A stretch of DNA of 64,000 bases from Lama glama (GCA_028534125.1 CM052818.1:14138001-14202000); one strand, 5' to 3'; shown: positions 42,120-58,419, counted from the first letter of the stretch. The notes: generated by a model from the sequence alone, not told the origin. A program made the numbers and translations.

Positions 42120-43140
42120 TAGTGGAACTCAAGAATAAAAAGATAAACAATCCAGTTTAAAATAGTGGACAAAAGATATGTGCAAACACATCACAAGTGA
42201 CCAATAAGCAAACAAAAAAGTACTCCGTAAAATTAGACACCAGGGAAACGAAAGTTACAAACACAAAAGATCACACTATCTACTCCTCAGGACGGCTACA
42301 TTTTACAAGTCTGACAAGGCCTAACTGGCAACTGAAACCTCTTTCATTTTTGGTGACAGTGTAAAATACAACCACTTTGGGAAAAGGTCTGGCAGTTTCT
42401 CAAGAAGTTAACCATACATTTCCCCTATAACCCAGAAATTCCACTCCTACATATTTCATAAAGAAAATGTATGTCCACAGAGATTTTTCCAAAGATGTCT
42501 ATAGCAGCTTCATTATAACCAAACATGGGAAAAGCATGTGTCCACTGATAGCTGTGTAGATAAACAAACTTCCCTATATCCATACAAGGGAATTCCACTC
42601 AGCTATAAAGAGGAAGGATTATTGTTACATACAACATGAAGAAATCTATTTGATCATCCCATTTATATGAAGTTCTGACACAGGGTAAGCTAATTAATCT
42701 ATGGTGAAAAACACTGGAATGGTTTTTCATCTGAGGGTAGAGTGGGGGTGGGGACTGACCTGGAAGTTACCATGAGGAAAATTCCCGGGGGGTAACATTC
42801 TGTATCTTGATAGGTATTTGTATTACATACGGATATATATTTGTCAAAGTGCATCAAAAGGAACCATAAAATTTGTTCATCTCAACTATAAAGTTTTCAA
42901 TTCTAAAATCTTAAAATTCTAAAAACTAAATTTAAAAATTTTACTTTAAAAATACTAAACAAATGTTGAACTCTCAGTAATGAGATGCATGTTGAAACAT
43001 TTAGGGGTAAGTATCCCGATGTCATCAATTTACTTTGAATTACAGAATCTAGGTGGTGGGTTTCTAGGAGTTCACTGTGCTATTCTTTCGTCTTATCTGT
43101 ATGCCTAAAAATTTTCATAACAAAATGTTGGGGAAAAAAT
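42120..43140 (+). mobile_element. Old L1M (L1MC/L1ME-like) 3' fragment
   Basis: accactttgggaaaaggtctggcagtttct, acccagaaattccactccta, cattctgtatcttgatagg, ttttcataacaaaatgttggg. Confidence 0.7.
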
Positions 43141-44199
43141 CTCCACAGACGCTCAATATATAAAGTACAAAAACACAGAGAGACTCTGGTTGGAGCAGGG
43201 GTGGGACCCCAGAGCCCCTCTGGTTGACCCTGCCTTGTTTCCTGGGGTTGTCTCTGAGGAAGCTTCCTGGAACTCTGAGAGCTGGAAGAACACAGTTTGA
43301 AATTACTGTGATAGACAGACAGCCCGCTTGGTCAGGCTGGGATGTGGACGATGAAGTCCCAGGATCAACAATAAATTTAGCTCCAGAGCACGATGCAATG
43401 AGGACTTCTGGTATCTAAATCTGCCCAAACCTTAGTCTGCTAAACCCGGGTATCACTAACCTCTTGACTTGTTCTGCTAGCAGTCTCATTTCAAAAAATG
43501 TAAAAGTAGCAGTGAAAACTGCTACATAGAACTGGATTCTGATCAAGTAGGAAGGGCTGATAACGTGAGAGTGAAGAGATGAATCACTGGGAGAAGGTGG
43601 CCAGGTGGCTTTGGAATTTGGAATGGACAAGGAAGGGAACACTGGACATGATCAGAAGTGTATCTTAGAAAAGGCTACCAAGAATGATCACCTGATGAGA
43701 TTTTAACAAATGAAGAAGGGAAGAGGAAGGCATCTAAAGAAACCAAGGTGGCTAAAGAGGGAGTTGGTTGTGGCTTTAAGGTTTTAAATGCACTAATGAT
43801 AGAAAGAGGAGTGAATAACCAGGGATGAGCACAGAAGTCTTGCACACACAGCTCTTTCAGGAATGTTAAGGTCAAAACCCAAAACAACTGAAAAGGATTT
43901 TAAAGATACATTTAGGACTAGAAGAAAAACAGAAAAGTTAGGAACACTTCTTACATCAGACGGTGTAATATGAACAGAAAGCAGATTTAGTTAACTCCTC
44001 TATTAAAGAGAATGCTCTTCAAGCCAGAAAGGGTCAAACAGAGCTCATGTCCGTGAATACAGACACCTTCAAATGTGACCACAGTAATAAGGTCAGTATT
44101 AGCTGAGAGTTTAGAAACCAGGAGAGGTGGCATCCAAAAAAACAAAAGAAAACAAAACAAAAAACCCCAAAACAAACAAAAAAAGGTTCCTGTATCCAA

Positions 44200-45975
44200 A
44201 AGGGAAACCAAGCAGACGGGCAAATACTGGTTCATGAGTTGATGCAACTCCTGGAAAATGCTAGGGTGAACTATTACCCAGAAGGTCAACAGGCGCTCGG
44301 AACAGATAGTAATGATGACTAGGCAGGAACAGGGGTTCACTGCAAACTAACTGCATGTCTTTTATTGCCTGATTTATTAGGTGAGATTAGGGATACAACC
44401 TGCCTTTTAGCAAGATACCTGCCAAGTTTTCATGATGTCTCGTTGAACTAGAGATAGAAACGTGAGCTCTATGCTAGGAGCGTCAGAGATTAAAATGTCT
44501 GTTTCTGATACATGTGCTTTAATGAACAGAATGCCACGTTGAATATGGGTTCTTGGTGGTGTTCGGTGGTTCCTGTCTTTTTTTTTTTTTTTTCTTCCGT
44601 GATTTGGAAATCACACTTGTAAAATCAGGATGATGCGATGCTGGAAGGGGAAGTAAGTATTCCGAAAAGGTATTTCAAAGATGTTGCCAGGTTGGAACAA
44701 GGATGGAAAATAAACAAGATAAATCTTACTTGGTACAAATATGAAGGTCTGTGCTCAGTTTTTAGAAAATCAATTGTGTAAGTCCAAGATGGAGATGATC
44801 TGAATGTTTTGGGGAATAATATCTATGATTAGGTTGTGTGGTGTGGCACCCAAAAGAGCTGATGCCATTTTAGTTTGATTTAATACAAAAATAAAATTAA
44901 AACAAAAGAGTCCCACTGTACCCTGAGCTGGTCAGATTACATCTGAAACACTGAATTCAGTTTTCGATGAGACAGTAGAAAATGGAATTGAAACAGGTGA
45001 GGAAGATTAAGAAGCACAAACTTCCAGTTACAAAATAAATGAGTCACAGGGATGAAACGGACGGAGTGAGGAATACAGTCAATGATAATGGAATATCTTT
45101 GTATGGTGACAGATGGTAACTACCCTAACCGCAGTGATCATTTTATAATACATAGAAATACTAAATCACTATGCTTGCATAAGGAACTAACATAGTGTTG
45201 TTGTAGGTCAATTATATCAACAAACTCATAGAAAAAGAGATCAGATTTATAGTTGCCAGAGGTGAGGGGTGGGGGAATTGGATGAAGGTGGTCAAAAGCT
45301 ACAAGTTTTCAATTATAAGATAAATAAATACTAGGAATATAATGTTACAACATGATGACTATAGCCAACACTGCTGTTTGATATAATGAAAGTTAAGAGA
45401 GTAAATCCTAAGTCTCATCACAAGGAAAAAATTCTTTTCTTGCTTTGTTATTATATATCTGTATGAGACGATAGATGTTCACTAAACTTATTGTGGTGAT
45501 CATTTCATGATGTAAGTCAAATCACTACTCTGTATTCCATAAACTTAAACAGTGCTCTATGTCAATTATCTCAATAAAATTGGAAGATGAAAAAAAATGG
45601 AATTTATAAAATGAATTATGTTTAGAGGGAGGGGGCAGCTGGCAACCAGGTCACATGCGAAACGACTGAGGGAACTGGAAATGTTGAGGCTGGAGAAAAT
45701 GAGACTTCAGGGAGTCAAATACGATCCTTCCACGCATGAAAGCTGTGAGGAGACTGGAATCATTCAGTGATGCTTCGGAAGGCAGAACTTTGGCTAAAGG
45801 GGACAAATTTCAGCTCAACAACAGGAGCTACTTAAAAATGAATCAGCTGTTTTGTGAGGTGGTAAGTTGTTCATCTCTGGAAGTTTGCTAGTAAAGATAC
45901 CAGTCCAAGATGGACAGAAAAGTCTTACTTGGTAGTTTGTGAGATGTTGGATTCGATGATCACTGAAGGCCTTTC
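44200..45975 (+). mobile_element. L3/CR1 LINE remnant carrying a nested L1 insertion
   Basis: gtcccactgtaccctgagctggtcagattacatctgaaacactgaattcagtt and ggaactggaaatgttgaggctggagaaaatgagacttcaggg resemble the CR1/L3 3' region on both sides of the L1. Confidence 0.6.
44990..45593 (+). mobile_element. L1 3' UTR fragment with an 11-bp target-site duplication
   Basis: aaaatggaatt at 44979-44989 and 45594-45604; 45225-45590 aligns by eye to the 3' UTR at 29860-30230. Confidence 0.85.
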
Positions 45976-46122
45976 AGGGAGGAATTCTATGCCACGAGAA
46001 TGTGACTCAAAACAGTAAACATAATGTCACAAAGGTTTTTATACAGTATAAAAAACCTTGATACAGTAGATAACATTATTGATTGCTTATGCCTTCAATA
46101 TTTAAAAATTTACTTAGATTTA

Positions 46123-46404
<282 letters not shown>

Positions 46405-46689
46405 CTAGAGATCTTTTTGTTTTATTTAAAAGAAACATATTGAGGCTGAGTAGTTGTAAACAGTGACTGCCAACACCAGGCATTTGTGCTGTATGCTGCA
46501 GTGCAGAAATTCTCAGTTGCATTTTTTAAGTGATATATGCAGTTGTCTCAAAAATCCAACATTGCAGTCAAATCTCCATATAACTTCTCCTAGATAAGAT
46601 GAACATGTTGGGACTCTGGACATCTGACAATGACAAAGTCTTTTTGTTCTTAACTAGATATTCATCATTGTAGATGCCATAAGCCAGGT

Positions 46690-46895
46690 CAGGGTTTCTC
46701 AACATCAGCCCTACTGATATTTTAGGCTAGATACTTCTCTGCTGTCAGGGGCTGTCTCTGTGCCTGGTGGTATGTTTAGCAGCACCCCTGTCCTCCCTCG
46801 ATGGATGCCAGTAGCATCCCTTCCCCAGGTTGTCCCCAGACACTGCCCAATGTCCCTGGGGAAGGGGGCAAAATTGCTCCCAGTTGAGAACCACT
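46690..46895. mobile_element. MER20 DNA transposon
   Basis: cagggtttctcaac...atgtttagcagcacccctg...aaaattgctcccagttgagaaccact with terminal inverted repeats. Confidence 0.85.
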
Positions 46896-49800
46896 TAGCT
46901 AGACTGATCAATGGGGCTGATCATTTAGCAAAGTATATTAAAAAGTCACAGGACGTAACTTTTTACAGGGCTGCTTCCTTGGAGGAAAGAGTAATATGAT
47001 TCTGCAGCTAGCTTATTATTCTTTATGCTCTGGAGAGACCATCTTAAAAATTAAAAGCTGTTCATATTGTATTAACACAAATATTTATTCTTTAAAACAG
47101 TTTTGTGTGAACTTCATGGACAGAATATTTGCAGTTCATATAGGTTAAATCCTGATAAAATTGAAGATTTTCTTTTTTAAAAAATAAAACACCATAACTA
47201 TCACTGTGGATCAGACTTTTCTGGGGGATGTGATCTCATTTACTCTCATTCAAGGTCCACTAATATACCTTCACATTAGTTTCTTTACATAAACACATTA
47301 TAGCACATTTAAAAGGGTATAAAAAGTCATTAGCTAAAATTAAAGGCCAGATTGCTCCCTTTGGACCTGGAAATCATTTTGCATGTTCTTAATGCACCTC
47401 GCCTCCATTTCTGTTGTTTTCTGCCTAGTACCACTGCTTAGAAGAGAAATGGTAAGATAAAGAAGCAGCCAGGATTTTAGTCACAGTGTGGAGGTGCTAT
47501 AAATATTTCACTTGCTCAAATTTCTCCTCATTTAGCATTCTGTGTTTCCTCTGGACACACGCAGAATTGGAGCTAAAAAGCTGTGGCTGACCCAGTGATT
47601 TGGGGTGCTTCAGGCAGGGCCACAGACTGAGGTGACATGAAGGGGTTCACCAACAACTACCTCAGTTTCCTGCGGGTCAAGTGGAGTCTCCCCAACTCCT
47701 TATGACACCCTAAACTGACCTTCATAGGAAGAGAAGCAGGGGACCTCCCCTCTGGTTCTAGAAATGGGCTTTCTGGCCACTGACTCTCTGACGGGTACTA
47801 GGTTCCATTTCTGACACCCTCCTTGTCCATCTCCAATGCCACCTCCATGGGTGGCACCTTCCCTGGACTCATTATCCAGGGAGGAAAGGGGAGTGAGCTG
47901 GTAATGCTCACTGTCCTGTCACCCCAGCAGAACTCCCTGGGCCAGATCTGGACACCGTGCTCTCCAGGGGAAGCAAACGTCTAACTTGTTGAGACCTACA
48001 GAAGTTGCATTTTAAATGAAGCATTAAGAAAGATCCTTGTAACCCACAAACCCCAAAGGGGTAAATGAACTTGTTAAAACCCTTGGAGTTTAGATGGAAG
48101 GAGAGCCCTCAAGGGGTCTTTCTTCCATAGCACCTTGCCCCAGGCAGGTATGTCATTATCATCACCATTTTGCAGAGGAGGTGACTGGAGCCCAGGGAGA
48201 GGTGATCACTTAAATCGCAGCCTGTTTAGGAAGCAAAGGGGCAGCTAAGTTTCAGAGGGCTGGCCTCCTGGTACGGAGCGGCTTTAATGGCACCACACTG
48301 CATCAGGCGGCTGGATATAAGTGGACATTTTAATATTTGTCATTTTTAACACTTTGCTAGGTAACCTTTGTATTAGTTTCACCGTGGCTATTTCTTTAAA
48401 AAAGTCTTTTTTGAAAAGGAGATTTTTCAAAATCCTTCACAGTCAAACACTGATGAGTAAAACCACGAGCTACCTCTTTGGAGCTCCTGGCAGTGGCAAT
48501 ACCGGGGGGGCCAGGCTGAGGAGACACCAGCTGGAGGGAGCCCTCAAACAGCAGCACGGAGGTCAGTCTCTGGGACAACGAATGTGCACTGCAGACTGAC
48601 AAGTTATTCACTCTCCAGAGCCGAGCCTGGCCTTCAGGAAGCCTCAACACAGATTTCCCATTCGCATGTTTTGTTTTTCTTTAACATAATAGTTGCTCAT
48701 CTGTCCCAAGGTGGCCTTATGCCCCCTCCACCATTTGGTTAGACTGTGTGTTACTTTGGTATACTTATATTGGGGCACTGGAACAGGAAGGGAAAATACA
48801 GGTGGAGCCATGTACAGGGATGCTGCGTGGTCTCGGCTGTGGAGTCACACACGGACCCCTTAGGCTGGGATCACAGCTCTGTGGTCCTTTAACTTTCATG
48901 GAGCCTTAGTCCCTGTCTGTAAAATGAGACTGACAACTATCACACAAGGCTGTTGTGAGGATTGAAATCTAGGTGTATGAAGTGCCTGGCACATTCCACA
49001 GGTGTTCAGTGAATGAACAATGAACCCCTTACTCAAGACTATAAATGTTTCCCCATAAAAAAAAGTTAAAACGAAGACTGAGCAAAGATAGATAAACTGG
49101 AGTTGGGGAATGAGATCAACTGATCACTTTCGAGTTGCTATGAATACAATGCCATCATCCATAGCAGCTTGTGTCCTCATGTATCACACTTACATTCTTT
49201 TAGCAACAGTGAAAGTATTACAAGTGGACGCAAGTCGACGTCTCTGGGAGTACTTTAGGATACTCAGATAGTTTATATTACTGGCTAACTGAGGCTAGAC
49301 AGAGGAAGACGCCTGTCCCTCAGCAGTGTACCCTTAACCTCTTTTCTTCTAAGGAAGCAATATTTCTTCTGTTACCTAGCAAATAAATGGGTCAGATTTT
49401 CTCCTGGGACTAAAAGAACGTCCTTAGTGCTTAATCACGCAATGACCTTTTGGCCAGCGGGGTTCACTCCAGGGAAGTGCTGTGCAGCCTCTGAAAGGGG
49501 TGCTGGTCCACAAAAGCAGCCATTAGTTCATGGATTCAAAAATGTTACCTAAGCCTTGATTTCAACAATTAAAAAATTATGTACATGGCTAAGGGAATGA
49601 GGAAAATGTGGAAAAAGGAAACATTCTGCTACGTTAGGATGGTCAGGTTGTGAATGGCTTTGTTTTGAAAAATAATTTATCTTATTGTTGCAGAAGGTAT
49701 TGCTTATTATTAAAAACAGTAAACCCTGAGAAAGCATGATTCAAAGATTTATGCTTATAAAAAGCTTTGCATAAAACAACAGGACATGTGGAAGAGGAAA

Positions 49801-50051
49801 AGTACTACGTAGCATCCGAACTGTTAGCTCACTGTCTTCTGGCAGAGGAAGATTGAGCAGAATGCCGACTGAGTCTTGCTACGTCAGTGGTGTAGTAAGT
49901 CTGCATGTCCTTAGGAAGCAGGAAACCAGAGGAAGCAGTCACATGTAAGAAATGATCAGGCTCAAAGCTACACTAAATATAACCCACATTAGTGAACAAT
50001 AATAGGTTTTACTAAAATGAACATAATAAATCCTCATGAAATAACTTTTTA

Positions 50052-50237
<186 letters not shown>

Positions 50238-51899
50238 CTATTTTGATTCATTTTAATCAAAGTCTCCGAAATGGAGTAAATATATGCTGAATCATCCAGA
50301 AGTGTGTGAAAATACAATTACATGGCAGGGTACAATCCCCAAAGTTATGATTTTTAAAAATATGAACCAAATAAAATCTGACTTTGAACATCCTTCAAAA
50401 ATAGAAGACTCCAGTTTGCTATATTTTACTCTGTTGCATTGAAACGAGCTATTTTTCCAAAGCCTGATGACATTTTTTTTTCTCTTTTACCCCACTGCCT
50501 CCTAGCACAGAGATGTAATAAAAGCAAACTGCTTTGGCAAGAATTATGGCACCAGAAGCAAAAACCTCGTTGTTTACTGAGATATAAATTCTAAATTTGC
50601 TCTTTAACATTTAGAAACAGGAAGACAAGGATGTACAAAATAAACTGTGAATGCTCATTCCACTCCATCCTTCCCCCTTTCTTTGAAAATTTGTAAAGGG
50701 ATCTAAGACTTTGCCCAAAACAAAATGTTTAAGCAAAAATCATCTTTCAGTCTAATGTAAAATGATCATCTTTGATTCATTTTGGTTAATGTTGAAACAG
50801 ATTAGATTTCCTAATTCTCCTCCTACCATGTCAATGATCCTTTATGGCTTGAAATTTTAATGACTCAAAATATCTACTTTTTAGTATTTTTCCAGCATTT
50901 TTTAAATTATGAAAAATCGTAAACACACATGGAAGTAAGAACAGTATACGGAAGCCCTAGGTGCCCAACGTCCAGCTGCAAGGGTGACTAGCACGTGGCC
51001 AGCCCATTTCATGAATGTCCTCTCATTCCCTCACCCCAAGTTATTTTGAAGCAAATGTCAGATATCCTAACACTTCATCTGTAGATAATTCAGTGTATAC
51101 ATAAACATACTAGCATTTTCTGACCCTCTCTTCCAAAACGATTTACATCTAGAAGTCTTGAAATGTTCTTCTGGGAAAAAATTATACCAAAGTAAGAACT
51201 CTGTGATTTATATCATGTTCTTTCACATTTAAGTTGGCACCATTTAGGTCTGAAATTTAACTTGGCTAAACTTCAGGAGTTGCAGGTCTGTTTCTAAGTG
51301 ACTAATTAAAACAAGGTTCTCTCATTTCGTAACTGAGACCTGAATCGATTCCAATTTGCTGAGTTTTAACATGGTGATGAGGGGGTTTTGCCTTGGCTGT
51401 GAGGAGCAAGTATATTTGAAAACGTTTTCTCTGAAATGGGTATTTTTTTTGACTTTATGGCTCAACATACACAATGAGAAAAGAAAAAAGGGAATGAAAT
51501 TCGCTTTGGCTATTTAGCATTATAAGAAAATGAGTAATCACTATTTTTCCAATGAACTAGACCTATCTGCAAAGAATATTTTTAGAATTCTCAAAAGTAA
51601 CTGCAAATAACAAAGGATGCAGGAAAATGACTAAAAGATTCAATGAGAACATTATTCGAATATAGATAATTTTTGATTTTTGGCTATGAGGTAATCTAAG
51701 AGAACTCAAACAACTATAGCTCTCAGATAATCCTAACAACTCACTTCACACCATGGTTTCAAAGATCATACTTCATAAAACAAAGCAAAAACTATTAAAA
51801 TAGCTCAATGAAGTACTTTACGACTGCAGGAATGTTAAATACAACAAAAGAACAGACAAGCACCGGAAGTGCTTTGCAGCACTAAGGATACCTTCCCAG

Positions 51900-52430
51900 C
51901 CCCACCCCTCTTCTAAGAACTTCCTCCACCTGGGCTGGGCCCCTGTGATCACATTCGTGCTCTGGAGGTGGACCATGACCCAGGAGGGGCCCAGCTGGAG
52001 ACTGGGACTGGGCAATCAAAAATTCTCTCTCCTGGGAAACTGGAATCTAAGGCTGAATCAGTGGATGCCTTGCTGGGAAGAGATGAGGACTTTGGGACTG
52101 AGGGTAGCATTCTGGGGCAACAGAGAGTGGGCCATGTGCAAATGAACTAGGCTGTGCCGCTGCAGAGAGAGGGGCCAAATGCAGGCACCAGACCCAGGAG
52201 AGCAGTGGACACTGAGACAGGCTGCCTCGGAGCAGGAGAGGAAGGGGGGAGCTTGTCTGCTTGGGTTCTAGGAATTTTCCGATTCATCCCTAAAGCCAGT
52301 TTCTCAGGAGATGTTGCTTTCTACGCTTGGATTCTCTGAGATATCCCTATCTTTCCAATAAAGTCATCTTGTATTCTTTTTAAATTTAAGCTGGCTTGAG
52401 TGTATTTCTGTTCCTTGAAACCAAGGGTGT
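51900..52430 (+). mobile_element. Old MLT1-like LTR remnant
   Basis: ccaataaa...tttaagctggcttgagtgtatttctgttccttgaaacca is a typical MaLR LTR 3' end. Confidence 0.5.
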
Positions 52431-53924
52431 GAATAAATTTTTTAAAAATCCATTATTCTTGTGTTTGGAAGGTAGCATTATGGGTGTTTCCCCCCCAAAT
52501 TTTCTTTACTGCTATCTTTTCTTTTTTTAGCACAGAACTATTTAGGTCACCACTCCCTTTTTTCCACTGCCTGCTGCTCTGTAACCACTGGAATATTCTG
52601 AGGACAGGAGTGGAAGTAAAGGGCAAAAGTCCATGTAATCCCTGCATAACTTGACCCTGAATTGTTATTCTTTCAGAATCTTCTCATTTTTATCCACTAT
52701 TCATATCTACCCAGAGTAAGAGAACTCAGAGAGACAGGTGTCCTCAGCACTACGCAGGTACAGTAAATCACACATATTGCAGGTGTACAGAGCTTTATAA
52801 TCCACTAAGTGATTCACATACGTCATCCCGGATGCTATATAATTTACAAGTTGGAACAATTCCAAAAGTGATACTAAATGTACCAAACACATCAGGCCAT
52901 TTGCAATGAAAATCAGAATGAGATGTCCTATTATGACTCAAATGTTAATTGATAGCAGATCTTAAGAGTCCTGATATTTCTAGTAATGAACTAACAGTAG
53001 CTAGAAAATACCCTTCCATGTTCTCTCTCTCTCCATATGTATATATATTTTTTCATTCTCAAGCATTCTGTGCAGAAGCTTTCATTCAGGGGTAGCTGAT
53101 GTTCCTGCAAAAGCCCGATGTGCTTTTTGGTTTTCCTGAGACCTGCAGTTGCCATGGACACGGAAGGCTGCCTGCGGAGGCTGGCAGCCACGCCGCAGCC
53201 ATGCCACTGCCTGCCCCTGACAAGCCAGCTGGCTCTCACAAATGTGTTCACTATTTTTGACTGCATCAAAAGAATGAAACAGATCGCTGCTCCTAAATTC
53301 TTCTCCCTAGCCCCTGCAAAGCCCCTGAAGCCCAGCGGTGAAAAGCTAGGCTGGCTGATCATGAGGCAGCCTGGTGCGTGCTTGAGGGCAGGCATTTGAG
53401 GAACTAGGGTATCAAGAGCATAAGCATATCAATAGGACACCTGTCTTGTGACAATAACATTGGAGTTAAACCAGGGAAGATTCACTGGCACACTTGCTCT
53501 TACTCTCCAGATGGTGTAACTCTTTCCTAAAAATCAAAAATATTCTATTCTCTCAGTCCACAGAAACCATTTGGTCTGATCCTTTTATCTGACTGAAGGG
53601 GCCACATAGGATGACAGACAAAGTGGCTTTTCAAAGACCTCGGTCTCCTTACTCCCAGGGCCTTTTCCATCATCCTGAGCACCAGCTGGACCACAGACTC
53701 TGGCTTTGGGCAGAATTATGGAAATAGTGAGACTTGCCTCTCTTCCTGCAAGGTGATGGCTCCACACCAAGGGCCTTCATACAGGTCTCTACCTAGGCCC
53801 CTCCCGGTGGCAGCCCCCTGATCCTGGCCAAGATCTTGTTCTTTCTATCTATTTACTCCTCTTTATAGCCCTATATCTGACACAGGGTCTACACATTTGA
53901 AGAATGAAAACTAATAGCAATAAC

Positions 53925-54680
53925 CTTCCCAAAATGCAAATACAATTACAATGAGATATGACCTCACACTCATTTAGGATAGCTCCTAGGAAACCCCCCT
54001 CCCAGAAAATATCAAGTGTTGGCAAGGATGCAGAGAAGTTGGAACCCTTGTGCACTGTTGGTGGGAATATAAAATGGAGCAGCTGCTGTGGAAGACAGTA
54101 TGGTGGTTTCCCTCAAAATTAAAAATGGAATTATCATTTGATCCAGAAATTCCACTTCTGGGTATATACTCCAAAGAACTGCACCCACCATGTTCACAGT
54201 AGCATTATTCATAATAGTGAAAAGGTAGAAGCAACCTAAGTGTCCACTGATGGGTGAATGGATGACAAAATGTGCTGTCACAAGACAGAATATTATTCAG
54301 CCTTTAAAAGGATGGACATTCTGACACGTTACAACATGGATGAATCTTGAGGACATTATGCTAAGCGAAATAAGTCAGTTACAAAAGGACAAATAGTGTA
54401 TGATTCCACTTGTGTGAAGTACCTAGAATAGTCACAGTCTTAGAGATATAAATTGGAATGGTGTTTGCCAGGGGCTGGGGGCAGGAGAAAGGGGAATTAT
54501 TATTTAACAGCTGCAGGATTTCAGTTTTACAAGATGAAAAGTCCTGGAGACGGAAGGAAGTGATGGCTGCACGATAACGTCAATGTGTTGAATGCCACTA
54601 TACCACACACTTTAAAAAATGGGTAAGCTAGTAAATTTTATGTTATGCATTATTTGACCACAATTAAAAACAATTTTAAA
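53925..54680 (+). mobile_element. L1MB-like 3' fragment
   Basis: aaaatgcaaa...acaatgagatatgacctcacac...aagtgttggcaaggatgcagagaagttggaacccttgtgcactgttggtgggaatataaaatgg...caattaaaaa. Confidence 0.88.
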
Positions 54681-56569
54681 GAAATCTTCCCAATCAAAAC
54701 TTACTATGTTTCATTTTCTCTTGGCCCTTCACGCCATAAAATGTAAATAATAATTGGTTTTAACCCCCTAATGGTTGTTGTGGCAGTGGGATCAAACATA
54801 TTGTGTCAAGTGTGTGTGTGCTGGGTTCTAAATAAAACTCACTATACTCTCTTCTACATATGCATAAAAATGGCCTTCAATATTCTAAACCTTTCTCACA
54901 AGAGGGTATACCTAGGGATGTCAGCCAGTGAAGAAATAGGGTGAAATCCTTGTTTTGTTTTGTTTTTAAACTATGAAGCAGGGAGTATCAAAGAACAAGG
55001 CTGAGAAGCAGCCGCTCCCACGCACCCCCCGGGGCTGCACAGGCTCCTAGATGACTCCCAGGCCACCAGTGTCCCAGCCAATCACAAGCGCCAGCCTGTG
55101 CCCTGGGCACTGCGTCTGGCAGGCCCTGACGTGAAAATGAGAGGACTTATCTGATCTCCCTTTGCCCTTGTTGGGACTTGTACCTCTCACAATAAATGGC
55201 ACGCCTTCTTTCCATCTACTGCACTGTGTAAAATGCCTGCAGGTTGTAACACTTAAATTAAGTCCAAATTCCAGTGCAGCAAGTATAGTTATAACTAAAC
55301 CCCTGCCTGGCAGGAAGGTTAGTCTATGGCCACTACTTTAAGAAATACTTGAAATAAAATATGCTGGCATTTCTGGAAGAACCTCATTTTGGTTGAAGCC
55401 CTCATTCTCTCTTTCTCCTGGTTTATTTTAGTTGATTTCCAACTCCAGGCTCACACACCCTCCCCAAGAGGGTAGGAACGCCCCACTCAAAATCCCTTAG
55501 AGTTACCTGATGCCTACAGGGTCAAGCTCAGGGTTCCACTTGCAGGCATGATGTAACAGTTCCTTGCACTCTGTCTTGGTCTGCCTCTTCCCATCCTCTG
55601 CCCTTCGTGCCCGCAGCCACTCAGCATTACTATTTCTTAATCACCCAACTCTCCCTACCTCCACCTTGTGGCGGGCCATGTTCCTTCTGAGCCTGGAATG
55701 CTAGCCCGTCTCAGACTCTGCCAGCTGGTGAACTTCTACTCATTTTTCAAAATCCATCTCAAATGTCACTTCTTTTGTGAAGGCTCCATGGGTTCCCTGG
55801 AAGCTCTTTCCTCAAGACACTACTGTCTACCCCAATGGACTAAAACTCTGAAGGCTGGGGTCCTGCCCACTCCTAAATGACTGCCCCAGACTCTAACATC
55901 AGCCAAGACCCTGGGATGGGATTTAAAAGTGGCCCACTCTATAGTGGACGCACGGATGTGGCACCCTGGGTGCTCAACGCTGCCTTAGTCCGCTCTGAGC
56001 TCCTGCTCACCACCTCCCCTGTGACCCACCATCTCTCACTCCAATGCCTTACCCAGTCTGCGCTCCTGTTCAGGCACTAATGTGTCTCCCTCACTAAGTT
56101 ATAAGCTCTGCAGGGAACAGGAGCCATGCTTCACTCATTTCCATATCCTCCACATTCTCTGGCGTAAGACCACTCACATGGCAAAGCTAGATTTGTAAAA
56201 TAAATAGACAAATCCCCGTGGCATCTGTGAGCATGCTTGAGAGGAGGTGGGGGGCAGGTTCAGACTCTCAGAGAGCAGACAATCTCTAGGCGAGCCGAAT
56301 GTTGCTTTCTGCCTTCAGTGGAGGGTGAAAATTGCTTGAAACTTCTTGGGCAGTTCTCCCAAGTGGTAGAGAATTGGTAGAAAAAGGGAAAGCAGTAAGG
56401 AGGGGACAGAAGGCAAGGACACAGCATGCCAGACCCAGAGGTGAAGAGGTGACTTGCCATGGTAACAGAAGGCATCGTGTATCTTTACCTGTCTTAAAAC
56501 TCAATGGCTTGAATTAATAATAACTATAGTAGTAGTAGTAATTATAACAAAAACAAGGGAAAATACTCA

Positions 56570-56917
<348 letters not shown>

Positions 56918-56950
56918 TTAAAATAAGTTCAAGGCCAAGGAAATATTTTA

Positions 56951-57340
<390 letters not shown>

Positions 57341-58419
57341 TCATTCCTCCAAACTCAAGGACAATGATCATAATGTTAACAATATGTTTTCAATTTATTG
57401 GAGGTTTATCTATTCATTTCTTAGTATCTGAATATCTGAATTTTTCAAAAGACAAGGGGAGTGAATGGGGAAAATAAAGGATTAATATAACCCATATTTC
57501 TGCTCCTAAGAGGTGGTATTTCAGAAGGAAAGTTCTGTAATAACATTTCTGGAAACTATTTTTTGGTATCACTCCTGACACACACAACTTGCCTTAGAGC
57601 TCCTTGTTCTACTCTGAGTCACTCTAATTCTCTGACCCGTGGATCCTAATGCATAATTCTAGAGGTGGAAGATTTTGATCTGGCCTCTTTTGTCATGAGA
57701 AGAATGGACTATGGACATTTTCTGCAGAGGTATCAGCAAAACTAATCAGCACTGGGTGCTACACGAGCAATGTTTTCTACTACTTTGGAGGGTCACACGG
57801 AGCTATTTCTGACTGGGGAGGATGGACTCTGTTGGGGTACATTTAATAGGAATCCCACTGAAGAATGTCACCCTTGTTCTTACTGTCAAGACTATAGTAG
57901 GCACAGCCCCAGGGTGGGACAGTCCGGCAGCCTTGTGCTAAGGTATTTCAAATGGAGCTTCCACACACACCCCTCAGGCCTCAGACATGCGGAAAGCTAT
58001 GTTCATACCGTAACTTTAAAACTGGCTCATAAACTACACCTCCCTTCCTCTCTTCATTCACTGTGCTGTTACTTACCTTCTATGAATCGGGCGTGCCACC
58101 AGTGCTGGAAGACCAGACAGACCAGCCTGCTCCTGAGGAGAGCCACCAAGATTAGGCTAAGCTTCATAACTTACCACACAGATCAGGACACCTGAGAGTG
58201 AAAGGGGGAGCTACTAACACCTACACAGGGACAACAGCTGTCAACTGGGTTGAATGGCCATCCTCTCTAAGATGTGCTGGCAGTGGTTCTTTTGACCTGA
58301 TTTTTAACCTAGTGAATCAAGTCCACTGTTTGATATTCGAGTCACTCACACTAAGGACTTGGTCTATCATTTCTCCAATATAAATTAGTGGCCAAATTAT
58401 TCAGTCCTGTAATGGGTAA

